Positions 1 through 8,861 of a stretch of DNA of 64,000 nt are shown one piece after another (position 1 is the first letter of the stretch; the number at the start of each line of letters is the position of its first letter). Below the pieces are notes generated by a model. The model was not told where the DNA came from and made no database searches. It was given only the letters and a program-made list of their open reading frames with translations. Source of the stretch: an uncultured Bordetella sp. (GTDB lineage Bacteria > Pseudomonadota > Gammaproteobacteria > Burkholderiales > SG8-39); NCBI GenBank assembly GCA_964564865.1, contig CAZMDA010000010.1, positions 10,360 through 74,359 of the forward strand, in the 5' to 3' direction. Made by a program: the position numbers and the translations under genes.

Positions 1-21
1 CCCTCTTGAACTCTCAAGCGC

Positions 22-1077
22 TCAGTGCGTCTCAATACTCGCAATCTTCTCGAAGTCGAAAATAGGCGGCTTCGGATCAAGTTGCCACTTGTCGTAGGTC
101 CGGAACAGTTTCTCATATGGCTCCGGTCGATCGGAGAGACCCGGCGTCAGGAGCCATAGCCGCAGCAAATGACGCTTCCTCTCCGGCTCGGGGTGATCCT
201 CGTAGTCGGTGCGAGAATGCAGTGCGACATAGTTGTTGACGAACTGCATGTCCCCTTGTTGCAGCACCATGTCGAACCGCAACCGTGAATCCATGCACAA
301 GGCATCGTACAGTTCGAGAACTTCCTTCTGAGAAGCTGTCAGCCGAGGGACGTCGGGGAAGCGCTGCGCGGATTCCGCATATGTCCGGTTATAGCGATTG
401 AACATGCGCCCCTTGTGAACCGAGAATAGCGGCATCGGGTAATAAGGCGAATCTCCGGCGGGCTGTTCGTTGCGGCGATCGAAGTAGAACGGCTGGCCAC
501 ATGTCTCCAGCAGGTCGGGGCGCGTGTCCAGCAGTTCATTGAAGATTGCAGCCGAACTCACCACACTGCTCTTGCCACCCGCCTTCGCGGTCTGCAGACA
601 AAGCAAGCCCACGATGTCGCACGAGTCGTTGTGAAAGGGCAGGAGCTTGGTGGTCTGGTATCCGCGGGCGGACATGTCCTTCGTCCAGTCTTTGCCGAGA
701 TCCCGGACGTGCCCGAGGGCCTCACCGTAGGCGTTCTGCGCAACGGCGCGACCGAGGTACGCGCCGAGCCCCCAGAATATGGTCGCCGCATCCTTTCGGG
801 TGTAGCGCTTGCGATCGAGTCCACGGACAAGCACTACGCCACGGCCGTTCTCAAGCTCGTCAAGCAGCTGCTCGAGCTTTCGGCGGAATCTCGGCAAGGG
901 GAAGTCGGCCTTGCTGAGACCTGGAATCGAAGCCCCCCGGCGCTTCGCCTCGTTCAGGGCTGCATCCAGTTCCGCTTGATCGTCATCGGAAAGCCGGTAG
1001 ATCCAGCTTTCGTCGTCGATGAGATCTCGCGATCGCCAGGCACATCTACCGTCCCATCGCTTCATCGGTAATGTCAT
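22..1077 (-). CDS. TauD/TfdA-family Fe(II)/2-oxoglutarate-dependent dioxygenase
   Basis: ORF 22..1314(-) trimmed to the ATG at 1075-1077 (MTLPMKRW...). Has an HxD motif (LPFHNDSCD) and a distal His (YVALHSRTDY), typical of TauD/TfdA proteins. The 79 upstream codons are Arg/Pro-rich and overlap the neighbouring gene. Confidence 0.75.
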   Translation of the reverse strand: MTLPMKRWDGRCAWRSRDLIDDESWIYRLSDDDQAELDAALNEAKRRGASIPGLSKADFPLPRFRRKLEQLLDELENGRGVVLVRGLDRKRYTRKDAATIFWGLGAYLGRAVAQNAYGEALGHVRDLGKDWTKDMSARGYQTTKLLPFHNDSCDIVGLLCLQTAKAGGKSSVVSSAAIFNELLDTRPDLLETCGQPFYFDRRNEQPAGDSPYYPMPLFSVHKGRMFNRYNRTYAESAQRFPDVPRLTASQKEVLELYDALCMDSRLRFDMVLQQGDMQFVNNYVALHSRTDYEDHPEPERKRHLLRLWLLTPGLSDRPEPYEKLFRTYDKWQLDPKPPIFDFEKIASIETH

Positions 1078-1091
1078 GATTCGGACCTCGG

Positions 1092-2081
1092 TTACTCGAT
1101 CTTGGCACCGGACTTCTTTACCACCGCGGCCCACCTCGCGATATCGGCCTGAATGGTTGCGGCAAGTTGCTCGGGGCTGCTGCCGACGGGTACGAGCCCA
1201 AGTTCTCCGAGACGCCGTTGAACGTCGGGAGCTCGCAGGACCTTTATGAACTCCGCGTTCAATCTGTCGATGATCGCCTTTGATGTACCGGCGGGCGCGA
1301 AAACCGCCCACCAAGCGTCGCTCTCGTAACCTTTCACTCCTGCTTCATCCACAGTCGGCACATCGGGCATGGAAGGAGCGCGCTGTTTCCCGGTGGTCGC
1401 GAGCGCTCGCAGCTTGCCGTTCTTGATGTGACCTTCAACAGGAGGGACATTGGAAATCATCATGTGCACCCGTCCTGCGAGTAGGTCGCTCATGGCTGGA
1501 CCGAGGCCCTTGTATGGGGTATGGAGAGCGTCCACTCCGGCCATAGACTTGAACAACTCCATGGAAAGGTGCGCGTTGCTGCCGCTTCCTGCGGAGGCAT
1601 AGATCAAGGCACTCGGCTTCTGCTTGGCAAGGGCAATTAACTCGGGGACGGATCGTGCTGCTACCGACGGGTGAGTCACCAGCACGTTTGTGACCGATAC
1701 CAGGTTCGTCACTGGGGCGAAATCCCTTGCCGGGTCATACGGTAGGTTCTGATACAGGCTTGCGACGATTGCGTGCGTCGAGTTGGTCCCGAAGGACAGG
1801 GTATAGCCGTCCGGGGATGCTTTTGCCACGGCATCCGTCCCGAGTATGCCTGCGGCACCCGGGCGGTTGTCGACCAGCACCGGATGCCCGATGTTCTCGG
1901 AGAGTTTTTGCGCCAGCAGCCGGGCGACGATGTCGCCACCGCCCCCTGGAGGATAGGGCATCACCCATCGAACAGGCTTGACGGGATAGTCCTGAGCAAC
2001 GGCGACGCTGACTGCCGCCTGAAAGCTGACAAGGGAGCACACAAGCGCTTGCGCGAGCAATGGAAGACGAATCGACATCAT
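1092..2081 (-). CDS. Bug/TctC-family tripartite tricarboxylate transporter periplasmic substrate-binding protein
   Basis: Signal peptide (MMSIRLPLLAQALVCSLVSFQAAVSVAVAQ) followed by the family-typical YPVKPVRWVMPYPPGGGGDIVARLLAQKL...VDNRPGAAG. Confidence 0.85.
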   Translation of the reverse strand: MMSIRLPLLAQALVCSLVSFQAAVSVAVAQDYPVKPVRWVMPYPPGGGGDIVARLLAQKLSENIGHPVLVDNRPGAAGILGTDAVAKASPDGYTLSFGTNSTHAIVASLYQNLPYDPARDFAPVTNLVSVTNVLVTHPSVAARSVPELIALAKQKPSALIYASAGSGSNAHLSMELFKSMAGVDALHTPYKGLGPAMSDLLAGRVHMMISNVPPVEGHIKNGKLRALATTGKQRAPSMPDVPTVDEAGVKGYESDAWWAVFAPAGTSKAIIDRLNAEFIKVLRAPDVQRRLGELGLVPVGSSPEQLAATIQADIARWAAVVKKSGAKIE

Positions 2082-2136
2082 GTTGAGGGAATCCTTTTCC
2101 TGATCCGATGACTTGCTGTTGCTTCGAGTTGAGGAG

Positions 2137-2931
2137 TTACTGCAGGTCGCGAAGAAATGCGTCGACGTTCCGGAAGTACAGGGAAGGTGCAGAACGAGGG
2201 CAGAAGTGCCCGCCTTTCGAGACGATCCCTAGACGCGCGCCTGGGATCGACTCCACCAGGGCTCTGGAGAAATACGGAGGACAGATCAGGTCGTCTACTG
2301 CCGTATTGATGAATGTTGGAACCTTGATCCGATGCAGATCCTTCGTGCGATCGAACTGCACGACGGCGTCGATCTTGCTTGCCACGATCTCAACAGGGGG
2401 AAAGGCGTTGATGACTGCTTGCTCGCTCGCGCGTATCGCTTCGATGTTCTCGGAGATGTACTCCGGCGAGTACTGAAACAGCGTTCCACAACGCACATAC
2501 GCCGATGCGCCATGCGCCAAAGCGTCCTTGCGAACCTCGAACAGCCGCTTGAAGTACGCGTCTGCAGTCGTCCAGCTGGAGCTCGCCACCAGGCTGAGCA
2601 ATCGATGCGGATGCTCGATGGCGATGACTTGGCCGATTGCCCCTCCAGTGGAGTGGCCCACGAGATGGGCTTTTTCAATCCCCAAGCCATCCATGACGGA
2701 GAGCGCATCCTCCGCCATTTGGTCGACGGAGTAGGCGATCTTCGACATTGAACTGCGACCGGCGCCACGGTGGTCATACGTGATGACACGATAGCGTGGC
2801 GAGAAATACGGAACCTGCTCAGTCCAAAAGGATGCGTTTCCGCCCAGACCGGTCACCAGCAAAAGCGGCTCGCCTTTACCGTGAACTTCGCAGTAAAGCT
2901 CCGCACCGTCCTTCGTCCTTACAGTTGCCAT
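2137..2931 (-). CDS. alpha/beta-fold hydrolase (3-oxoadipate enol-lactonase/RutD-like)
   Basis: Nucleophile elbow GHSTGG. N-terminal HGKGEPLLLVTGLGGN oxyanion region. Size (264 aa) is typical of the fold. Confidence 0.8.
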   Translation of the reverse strand: MATVRTKDGAELYCEVHGKGEPLLLVTGLGGNASFWTEQVPYFSPRYRVITYDHRGAGRSSMSKIAYSVDQMAEDALSVMDGLGIEKAHLVGHSTGGAIGQVIAIEHPHRLLSLVASSSWTTADAYFKRLFEVRKDALAHGASAYVRCGTLFQYSPEYISENIEAIRASEQAVINAFPPVEIVASKIDAVVQFDRTKDLHRIKVPTFINTAVDDLICPPYFSRALVESIPGARLGIVSKGGHFCPRSAPSLYFRNVDAFLRDLQ

Positions 2932-3065
2932 TGGTCTCGGCCGCCAGGTCTTTCTAGCCGGTGGCGCCTAAGGCGCGTCGGCAGGTCAAGAAAGGTTAGT
3001 CAACGGGGATGCATGTAGCGCAGCGCCAACAATTCAATATTATCATAACAATTGAGCGAGCTATG

Positions 3066-3824
3066 TCAATCTGCGCCTCCGCGGTGCTCGCGCACGGGAA
3101 TCTGGCGGTGAATCGAGAACGCCTCGTGTAGGTACCAAGATCGGGCGAGTTCGACTGGGCGTGAACGTGCGTCGAGGTACAGCCTTTCCGTGGCAAGTAG
3201 GGGGGCGTTCGTGCCGCATCCCAGCAGCTTTGCAATCGAACGAGGCGCCGGACACGCTGCGATTCGCTCCCGCACTGACCCGATCTCCTGTCCGAGGCGT
3301 CCAAGGAGCGCGTAGATGGTGGTCGACTTGAAGTCGTCGCGCCTGAGTTCTCGGCCTATCCTCGATGGCAAGAGAATCGACGTGAACGCGACGGGTCTGC
3401 CTCTTATGCAGCGAATGGCCCGCAACCGGAAGCCGACTGACTCCCGGAGCAGCACGGCATCATTGGCTGGAAGTCGCTGCCGTGTGTACGAGATCAGTTC
3501 CAGACTGGAGTGCTCGCCGAGTTGCACTATGTCGTCCAGTGTATCGACGGTCCATTGGGCGCGGCCGCGAGGCGAATTGCTTATGACGAAGGTGCCGCGT
3601 CGCGGGCTACGAGTGATGAGCTCGTCGGCAGTCAAGCTGTCCAAGGCGCGGCGAATCGTAATGCGACTCGCGGCATGGCTTGCACAAAGCTGTTCCTCAG
3701 TGGGCAGCTTCTGCCCGACCTTCAACTTTCCCTCGACGACTTGCTGGCGAAGCTTGAGATAGATCTGTTCATGCAAGGGCACGAACCGCTCGGACTTGGC
3801 TTGCGTGTTGGGCTTGTGTGGCAT
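3066..3824 (-). CDS. GntR/HutC-family transcriptional regulator (wHTH + UTRA-like effector domain)
   Basis: N-terminal GntR wHTH pattern (LHEQIYLKLRQQVVEGKLKVGQKLPTEEQLCASHAASRITIRRALDSLTADELI). Start placed at the ATG at 3822-3824; the track ORF extends to 3929, so the start is uncertain. Confidence 0.8.
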   Translation of the reverse strand: MPHKPNTQAKSERFVPLHEQIYLKLRQQVVEGKLKVGQKLPTEEQLCASHAASRITIRRALDSLTADELITRSPRRGTFVISNSPRGRAQWTVDTLDDIVQLGEHSSLELISYTRQRLPANDAVLLRESVGFRLRAIRCIRGRPVAFTSILLPSRIGRELRRDDFKSTTIYALLGRLGQEIGSVRERIAACPAPRSIAKLLGCGTNAPLLATERLYLDARSRPVELARSWYLHEAFSIHRQIPVREHRGGAD

Positions 3825-4005
3825 GCAATTGATGCTCTCTTTAGCCAATGGATCCAAGGTGCTCCGCGGAACGTCGTCACCGGGTTCCCGAGCAAGTCCG
3901 CTCAATGCAAGCGCAAGCCCATCCGGCAAGTACTGGAGAACCGGGCGTGGCTAGCGCTCGACATTTCCTCTCGCCGCTACCGACGAGCGGAAGCCACGGC
4001 GCGTC

Positions 4006-5283
4006 CTAAGCGCGGAACGCCTCGCGCGCCGCCTTCAGCGTCTCCTCGATCTCGGCGGCGCCGTGCGCCGCCGAGACAAACCCCGCTTCATACGCCGAGG
4101 GCGCGAGGTACACGCCCCGCTCCAGCATGGCGTGGAAGAACTTGTTGAATCGATCCTTGTCGCATTGCATCACCTCGGCGAAACTCGTCGGCGGCGAGGC
4201 GCGGAAGTACACGCCGAACATGCTGCCGATGGATTGGGCCGAGAAGGTGACGTTGGCCTTTCGGGCTTCCGCCAGCAGTCCCTGAACCAGTGACTGCGTG
4301 GTGGATTCGATCCGCTCCTGGAACCCCGGCTCTTCCACCAGCTTCAGCGTCGCCAGGCCCGCGGCCACCGCCACCGGGTTGCCCGAGAGCGTGCCCGCCT
4401 GGTAGACCGGCCCCAGCGGCGCGATTCTCTCCATGATGTCGCGCCGGCCGCCCACCGCGCCCACCGGCAGGCCGCCGCCGATCACCTTGCCGAGCGTCGT
4501 GAGGTCGGGCCGGATGCCGAAGCGCGCCTGCGCCCCGCCCAGCGCGACGCGGAACCCGGTCATCACCTCGTCCAGGATCAGCACCGCGCCGTGCTTCGTG
4601 CACTGCGCGCGCAGCGCCTCCAGGAAGCCGGGCTTGGGCAGCACCAGGTTCATATTGCCCGCCACCGGTTCCACGATCACGCCGGCGATCTCGCCGCCGC
4701 GCGCGTCGAAGGTCTTCTCCACCTGCGCGGCGTCGTTGAAATCCAGCACCAGCGTGTGCGCCGCGGTCTCCGGCGGCACGCCCGCGGAGCTCGGGTTGCC
4801 GAAGGTGAGCGCGCCGGAGCCGGCCTTCACCAGCAGGCTGTCGGCGTGGCCGTGGTAGCAGCCCTCGAACTTCACGATCAGGTTGCGCCCCGTGAATCCG
4901 CGCGCGAGGCGGATCGCGGTCATGGTGGCCTCGGTGCCCGAGGACACCAGCCGCACGCGCTCGATCGAGGGCACCAGGCGGCAGATGGCTTCCGCCAGTT
5001 CGATCTCGGCCTCGGTGGGCGCACCGAAGGACAGCGCCTTCGCGGCGGCGGCCTGCACCGCTTCCACCACGGCCGGATGGGTGTGCCCGGCGACCATCGG
5101 GCCCCAGGAGCCCAGGTAGTCGATGTAGCGCCGGCCCTCGGCGTCCCAGACGTGGGCGCCAGAGGCGCGCGCCATGAACGGCGGCGCGCCGCCCACGGCG
5201 CGGAAGGCGCGCACCGGGGAGTTGACCCCGGCCGGGATGCGCCGCTGCGCGCGCTCGAACAGGTCCTGGTTGCGCTGGCTCAT
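4006..5283 (-). CDS. hemL: glutamate-1-semialdehyde 2,1-aminomutase
   Basis: Full-length match to HemL as I know it ([10 protein letters not shown]..., [18 protein letters not shown]-Lys region [11 protein letters not shown]). Confidence 0.95.
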   Translation of the reverse strand: MSQRNQDLFERAQRRIPAGVNSPVRAFRAVGGAPPFMARASGAHVWDAEGRRYIDYLGSWGPMVAGHTHPAVVEAVQAAAAKALSFGAPTEAEIELAEAICRLVPSIERVRLVSSGTEATMTAIRLARGFTGRNLIVKFEGCYHGHADSLLVKAGSGALTFGNPSSAGVPPETAAHTLVLDFNDAAQVEKTFDARGGEIAGVIVEPVAGNMNLVLPKPGFLEALRAQCTKHGAVLILDEVMTGFRVALGGAQARFGIRPDLTTLGKVIGGGLPVGAVGGRRDIMERIAPLGPVYQAGTLSGNPVAVAAGLATLKLVEEPGFQERIESTTQSLVQGLLAEARKANVTFSAQSIGSMFGVYFRASPPTSFAEVMQCDKDRFNKFFHAMLERGVYLAPSAYEAGFVSAAHGAAEIEETLKAAREAFRA

Positions 5284-5903
5284 CGAAGGGCGGCTTCCTG
5301 TGCGTAGAGTTGGTTGAAGGCGCGCGCCGCGGCCGCGACGTCGGGCGCGTCGAACAGCGCGGAGATCACCGCGAGGCCATCCGCGCCGGCCGCCACCAGC
5401 TGCGGCGCGTTGGCGAGCGTGATGCCGCCGATCGCGACCATCGGCAGTCCCAGCGGACGGGCGGCGTCGAACAGCGACAGCGGCGCGCGCACCGCGCCGG
5501 GCTTGGTGGGCGAGGGGAACACGCTGCCGAAGGCGATGTAGTCGGCGCCCGCGGCTGCGGCGCGCCGGGCGAGGTCCAGCGAGTCGTAGCAGGAGGCGCC
5601 CAGCAGCCCGGGGAATGCGGCGCGCGCGGCGGCGAGTTCGCCGTCCTCGCGGCCCAGGTGCAGGCCGTGGGCCTTCACTTCCAGCGCCAGCGCGAGGTCG
5701 TCGTTGACGATGAGCCGCGCGCCGTGGCGATTCGCGAGCGCCACCAGGGCGCGCGCCTCGGCCAGGCGCTGCGCGGGCGCGGCGGATTTGTTCCGGTACT
5801 GCAGCAGGCGCGTCCCGCCCGCGAGAGCGCGTTCGACGAGCCGCAGCAGGCGCTCGCTGTCCGTGCCGTCAGGCGTGATCGCGTAGAGGCCGCGCAGCAT
5901 CAT
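5280..5903 (-). CDS. thiE: thiamine-phosphate synthase
   Basis: [12 protein letters not shown]... LLQYRNK ... [16 protein letters not shown] motifs. Start set at the ATG at 5901-5903, which overlaps the thiD 3' end. The upstream part of track ORF 5280..6125 is shadow sequence. Confidence 0.9.
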   Translation of the reverse strand: MMLRGLYAITPDGTDSERLLRLVERALAGGTRLLQYRNKSAAPAQRLAEARALVALANRHGARLIVNDDLALALEVKAHGLHLGREDGELAAARAAFPGLLGASCYDSLDLARRAAAAGADYIAFGSVFPSPTKPGAVRAPLSLFDAARPLGLPMVAIGGITLANAPQLVAAGADGLAVISALFDAPDVAAAARAFNQLYAQEAALR

Positions 5904-6690
5904 TGCCTTGCGAGTGGAAGCGGTTCGGCAGCGATTGCCCGGCGCCCGCGGTGAAGCCGCGCTGCAGGGCTTTCCAGGTGTAGGCCTGCGCTTCGCGAGC
6001 GGCCTCGGCCACCGGCATTCCCCGCGCGAGGAACGCGGCCAGCGCGGAGGCGAGCGTGCAGCCCGAGCCATGGTAGCCGCCGGGCAGGCGCGGCCAGCGG
6101 TCCTCGCGCAGCTTGCCGCCCGCACCGTACAGGGTGTTCACGACCTGCGCGCCCGGCTCGTGCGTGCCCGTGACGAGCACCTGCTTGCAGCCCATCTCCA
6201 CCAGGCGCGCGGCGCAGGCCTCCAGCGAAGCGCCGTCGTCGTCGCAGAGATGGCGCGCCTCCAGGCTGTTGGGCGTGAGCACCGTGGTGAGCGGCAGCAG
6301 GCGCGTGCGCAGCGCCTCCACGGTCGCCGCGTCGGCGAGCGCGTCGCCCCGGCCGGAGGCGAGTACCGGGTCGAGCACCACCGGCAGGCGCGGAAACTTC
6401 CCGATGGCGCGCGCCACGGCCTCGACGTTCGCGGCCGAGCCGAGCACGCCGATCTTGAACGCGTCCACCGGCATGTCCTCGAGCAGGCGCTTGGCCTGCG
6501 CCTCGACCCAGGCGCTGTCCACTGGCTGCACGCCGTGCACGCCGCGGGTGTCCTGCGCGGTGAGCGCGGTCAGGACCGACAGCGGATGGCAGCCCAGCGC
6601 GGCAAGGGTGAGGATGTCCGCCTGCACGCCGGCCCCTCCGGTGGGATCGGAGGCAGCGAAACAAAGGACGATCGGGGGTCGCGCATTCAC
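5869..6690 (-). CDS. thiD: hydroxymethylpyrimidine/phosphomethylpyrimidine kinase
   Basis: SDPTGGAGVQADILT, VLDPVL, GSGCTLASALAA motifs of ThiD. Lies upstream of thiE in the same orientation. Confidence 0.9.
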   Translation of the reverse strand: MNARPPIVLCFAASDPTGGAGVQADILTLAALGCHPLSVLTALTAQDTRGVHGVQPVDSAWVEAQAKRLLEDMPVDAFKIGVLGSAANVEAVARAIGKFPRLPVVLDPVLASGRGDALADAATVEALRTRLLPLTTVLTPNSLEARHLCDDDGASLEACAARLVEMGCKQVLVTGTHEPGAQVVNTLYGAGGKLREDRWPRLPGGYHGSGCTLASALAAFLARGMPVAEAAREAQAYTWKALQRGFTAGAGQSLPNRFHSQGNDAARPLRDHA

Positions 6691-6763
6691 GCGGGCGCCA
6701 CTGGAGTTGGTTTAATATCGCGCTTCATTCTATCCCACCGCAACCACGGGCATTACCGATCCG

Positions 6764-6949
6764 ATGACTGAGAACGTCGTACAGCACCGCACTTGGATGT
6801 GCCTGATCTGCGGATTCGTCTACGACGAGGCGGCCGGCATTCCCGGCGAGGGCATCGCGCCCGGCACGCGCTGGGAAGACGTGCCGATGAACTGGACCTG
6901 CCCGGAGTGCGGCGCGCGCAAGGACGATTTCGAGATGATGGAGATCTGA
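6764..6949 (+). CDS. rubredoxin
   Basis: 61 aa with two CxxC knuckles (CLICGFVY ... CPECG) and the WEDVP/DDF rubredoxin signature. Confidence 0.9.
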   Translation: MTENVVQHRTWMCLICGFVYDEAAGIPGEGIAPGTRWEDVPMNWTCPECGARKDDFEMMEI

Positions 6950-6956
6950 GCGCCGC

Positions 6957-8843
6957 TCAGGTCTTGCCCAGCAGCGAGGCGAAGCGCCCGCCCAGCGCCT
7001 TGATGCGTCCCAGCAGCGAACGCTCCGCGGCATCCTCGGCCTTGCGCCGCTTCGCCGATTCGGCGCGCAGCAGGCCCGGCGCCTGCGCCATGCGCGCATA
7101 GCGGTCCAGCGCCGCCGCCGTCGCGGCATGCAGCAGCGACAGGTTGAGCGGCTTCTTCACGAAGCGGTAGATCCGCGCCTCGTTGATCAGGCTGATGATG
7201 GTTTCCGAGTCGGCCGAGCCGGAGGCGGCGATCAGCTGCGTCTGCGGGGATTGCTGCTTGAGCACCCGCAGCAGCGCCGCCGGATCCCCGGGAACCGAAT
7301 CCAGGTCGCACACCAGGGCGCCGATTTCCTCGGCCGCGAGCAGGGCGAGCGCGTCCTCCGCGGTCGCCGCTTCCAGCACCTTCCAGGCGCCGCGGGCGAG
7401 TTCCCGCGCGCCGCGCGCGATCGCCGCATCCCCCAGCACCAGCACCGCGCCGCGCACCTTCAAGGCCTGCGTCGGGCGCGCCGCGGCCGCCTCCAGGGCG
7501 ATGGCGACGTCGGCCGCCTCGACCAGCGTCGCGCGCAGCTCGTCCTCGTTCCAGGGCTTGGAGACGAAGCGGAACACTTCGCTGTCGTTGACCGAACCCA
7601 CGATGGCGGCGAGGTCCGAGTACCCGGTGAGCAGGATCCGCACCGTCGCGGGCGCCACCGCCTTCGCCTGGCGCAGCAGTTCCACCCCCGGCATTTCCGG
7701 CATGCGCTGGTCGCTCACCAGGACGTGGAAGCGGCGCGCCTGGAGCCGCTCCAGCGCCTGCGCCCCGCCGGTGGCGGTCTCGACCTCGAAGCTGTCGCGG
7801 AACAGGGCGCGCAGTGCGCTCACCACGCGTTCCTCGTCGTCCACGAACAGCGCCGCGGGAAGCTTGCGCGCTGGCTGCGGCGGCAATGGCGCAGAAACGG
7901 AGGCGACGGGGGGTACGGGGGGGGCAAGTGGCGCCGCCGCCCCCCCTGTTCCTGCCAGCGCTTTGCGCAGCGCGCCGACGTTGCCCGGCAGCTTCACCGA
8001 CTGCGTGGAGGAGGGCATCGCCTCGTTGGCGCCGGGAAACGCCGCGCGCAGGGCGTCGAGGAACTCGCGCGCGCTGGCGTAGCGGTTCTGCGGCTTCTTC
8101 GCCAGCGCGCGGCCGAGCGCCATGTCGATGGACACCGGCAGCTTGGGCTCGAAGGTGGAGGCGGGCGGGGGCGGCGAATCGAGGATCTGGCGCATCAGCT
8201 GGCCGCCCTGGCCGGTGAACGGGCGCCGGCCGCACAGCACCTCGTAGACGATGACGCCGGCGGCGTAGATGTCGGTGCGCTCGTCGGCCTGCGCGCCGTC
8301 GAACTGCTCCGGGGCCATGTAGTAGGGCGTGCCCAGCACCTCGCCCTCCTGCGTCAGGTGCGAGCGCTCGATGCGCGCGATGCCGAAGTCGCTGATCTTG
8401 GCCGTGCCCATGCCGCTCACCAGCACGTTGCCGGGCTTGACGTCGCGGTGCACGACGCCGCGCGCGTGCGAATAGTCGAGCGCCTCCAGCAGGTCCGCGA
8501 TCACCGAGGGCAGGCGCGTGATCTCCGGCCGCCAGCCCTCGACGAGGTGCTCGCGCAGCGATTTGCCCTCGACCAGTTCCATGGCGATCCAGGCCTGCTC
8601 CTCGTCCTCGCCGTATTCGTAGATGGCGACGATGTTCGGGTGCTGCAGGCTGCCGGCGGCCTGGGCCTCGCGCTTGAAGCGCTCCAGCACCAGCGCGGCC
8701 TCGTCGGCGGGCAGGTCGGCCTTGCGCACCACCTTCAGCGCCGCGGGGCGCTGGATCACCGGGTCGGCGCCGCGGTAAACCACCGCCATGCCGCCGCGGC
8801 CGAGCTCTCCGGAGACCTCGTAGCGGCCGATCCGCATGGTCAC
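6957..8843 (-). CDS. Hanks-type Ser/Thr protein kinase fused to two C-terminal response-regulator receiver-like domains
   Basis: Kinase subdomains: GRGGMAVVY, ALKVV, HRDVKPGNVL, DFG, TPYYMAPE. Pro/Ala linker. REC1 has the acceptor context HVLVSDQRMPEMPG and FVSKPW. REC2-like region has ALVCDLD...FVKKPL. Confidence 0.85.
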   Translation of the reverse strand: MTMRIGRYEVSGELGRGGMAVVYRGADPVIQRPAALKVVRKADLPADEAALVLERFKREAQAAGSLQHPNIVAIYEYGEDEEQAWIAMELVEGKSLREHLVEGWRPEITRLPSVIADLLEALDYSHARGVVHRDVKPGNVLVSGMGTAKISDFGIARIERSHLTQEGEVLGTPYYMAPEQFDGAQADERTDIYAAGVIVYEVLCGRRPFTGQGGQLMRQILDSPPPPASTFEPKLPVSIDMALGRALAKKPQNRYASAREFLDALRAAFPGANEAMPSSTQSVKLPGNVGALRKALAGTGGAAAPLAPPVPPVASVSAPLPPQPARKLPAALFVDDEERVVSALRALFRDSFEVETATGGAQALERLQARRFHVLVSDQRMPEMPGVELLRQAKAVAPATVRILLTGYSDLAAIVGSVNDSEVFRFVSKPWNEDELRATLVEAADVAIALEAAAARPTQALKVRGAVLVLGDAAIARGARELARGAWKVLEAATAEDALALLAAEEIGALVCDLDSVPGDPAALLRVLKQQSPQTQLIAASGSADSETIISLINEARIYRFVKKPLNLSLLHAATAAALDRYARMAQAPGLLRAESAKRRKAEDAAERSLLGRIKALGGRFASLLGKT

Positions 8844-8861
8844 TGCGCGGTCACCGGGCGC

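Noticed and set aside
5869-5903. 35-nt overlap between thiD 3' end and thiE 5' end as a possible frameshift/fusion site.
   Set aside because: Both reading frames are intact with their own start and stop. The overlap depends on choosing the first of two adjacent ATGs and is compatible with ordinary translational coupling.
6691-6763. Possible TPP riboswitch upstream of thiD-thiE.
   Set aside because: The spacer is only 73 nt, is shared with the divergent rubredoxin gene, and lacks the conserved CUGAGA / ACCUGA-type THI-box elements on the thiD strand as far as I can read.
6946-6960. Palindrome CTGAGCG-C-CGCTCAG containing both convergent stop codons (rubredoxin TGA and STK TCA). A similar CTGA-G-TCAG lies at 47816-47824, between the THUMP methyltransferase and the DUF1304 gene.
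   Set aside because: TGA and TCA are reverse complements, so closely convergent TGA stops automatically create a short palindrome. The stem is too short, with a 1-nt loop, to argue for a dedicated element.
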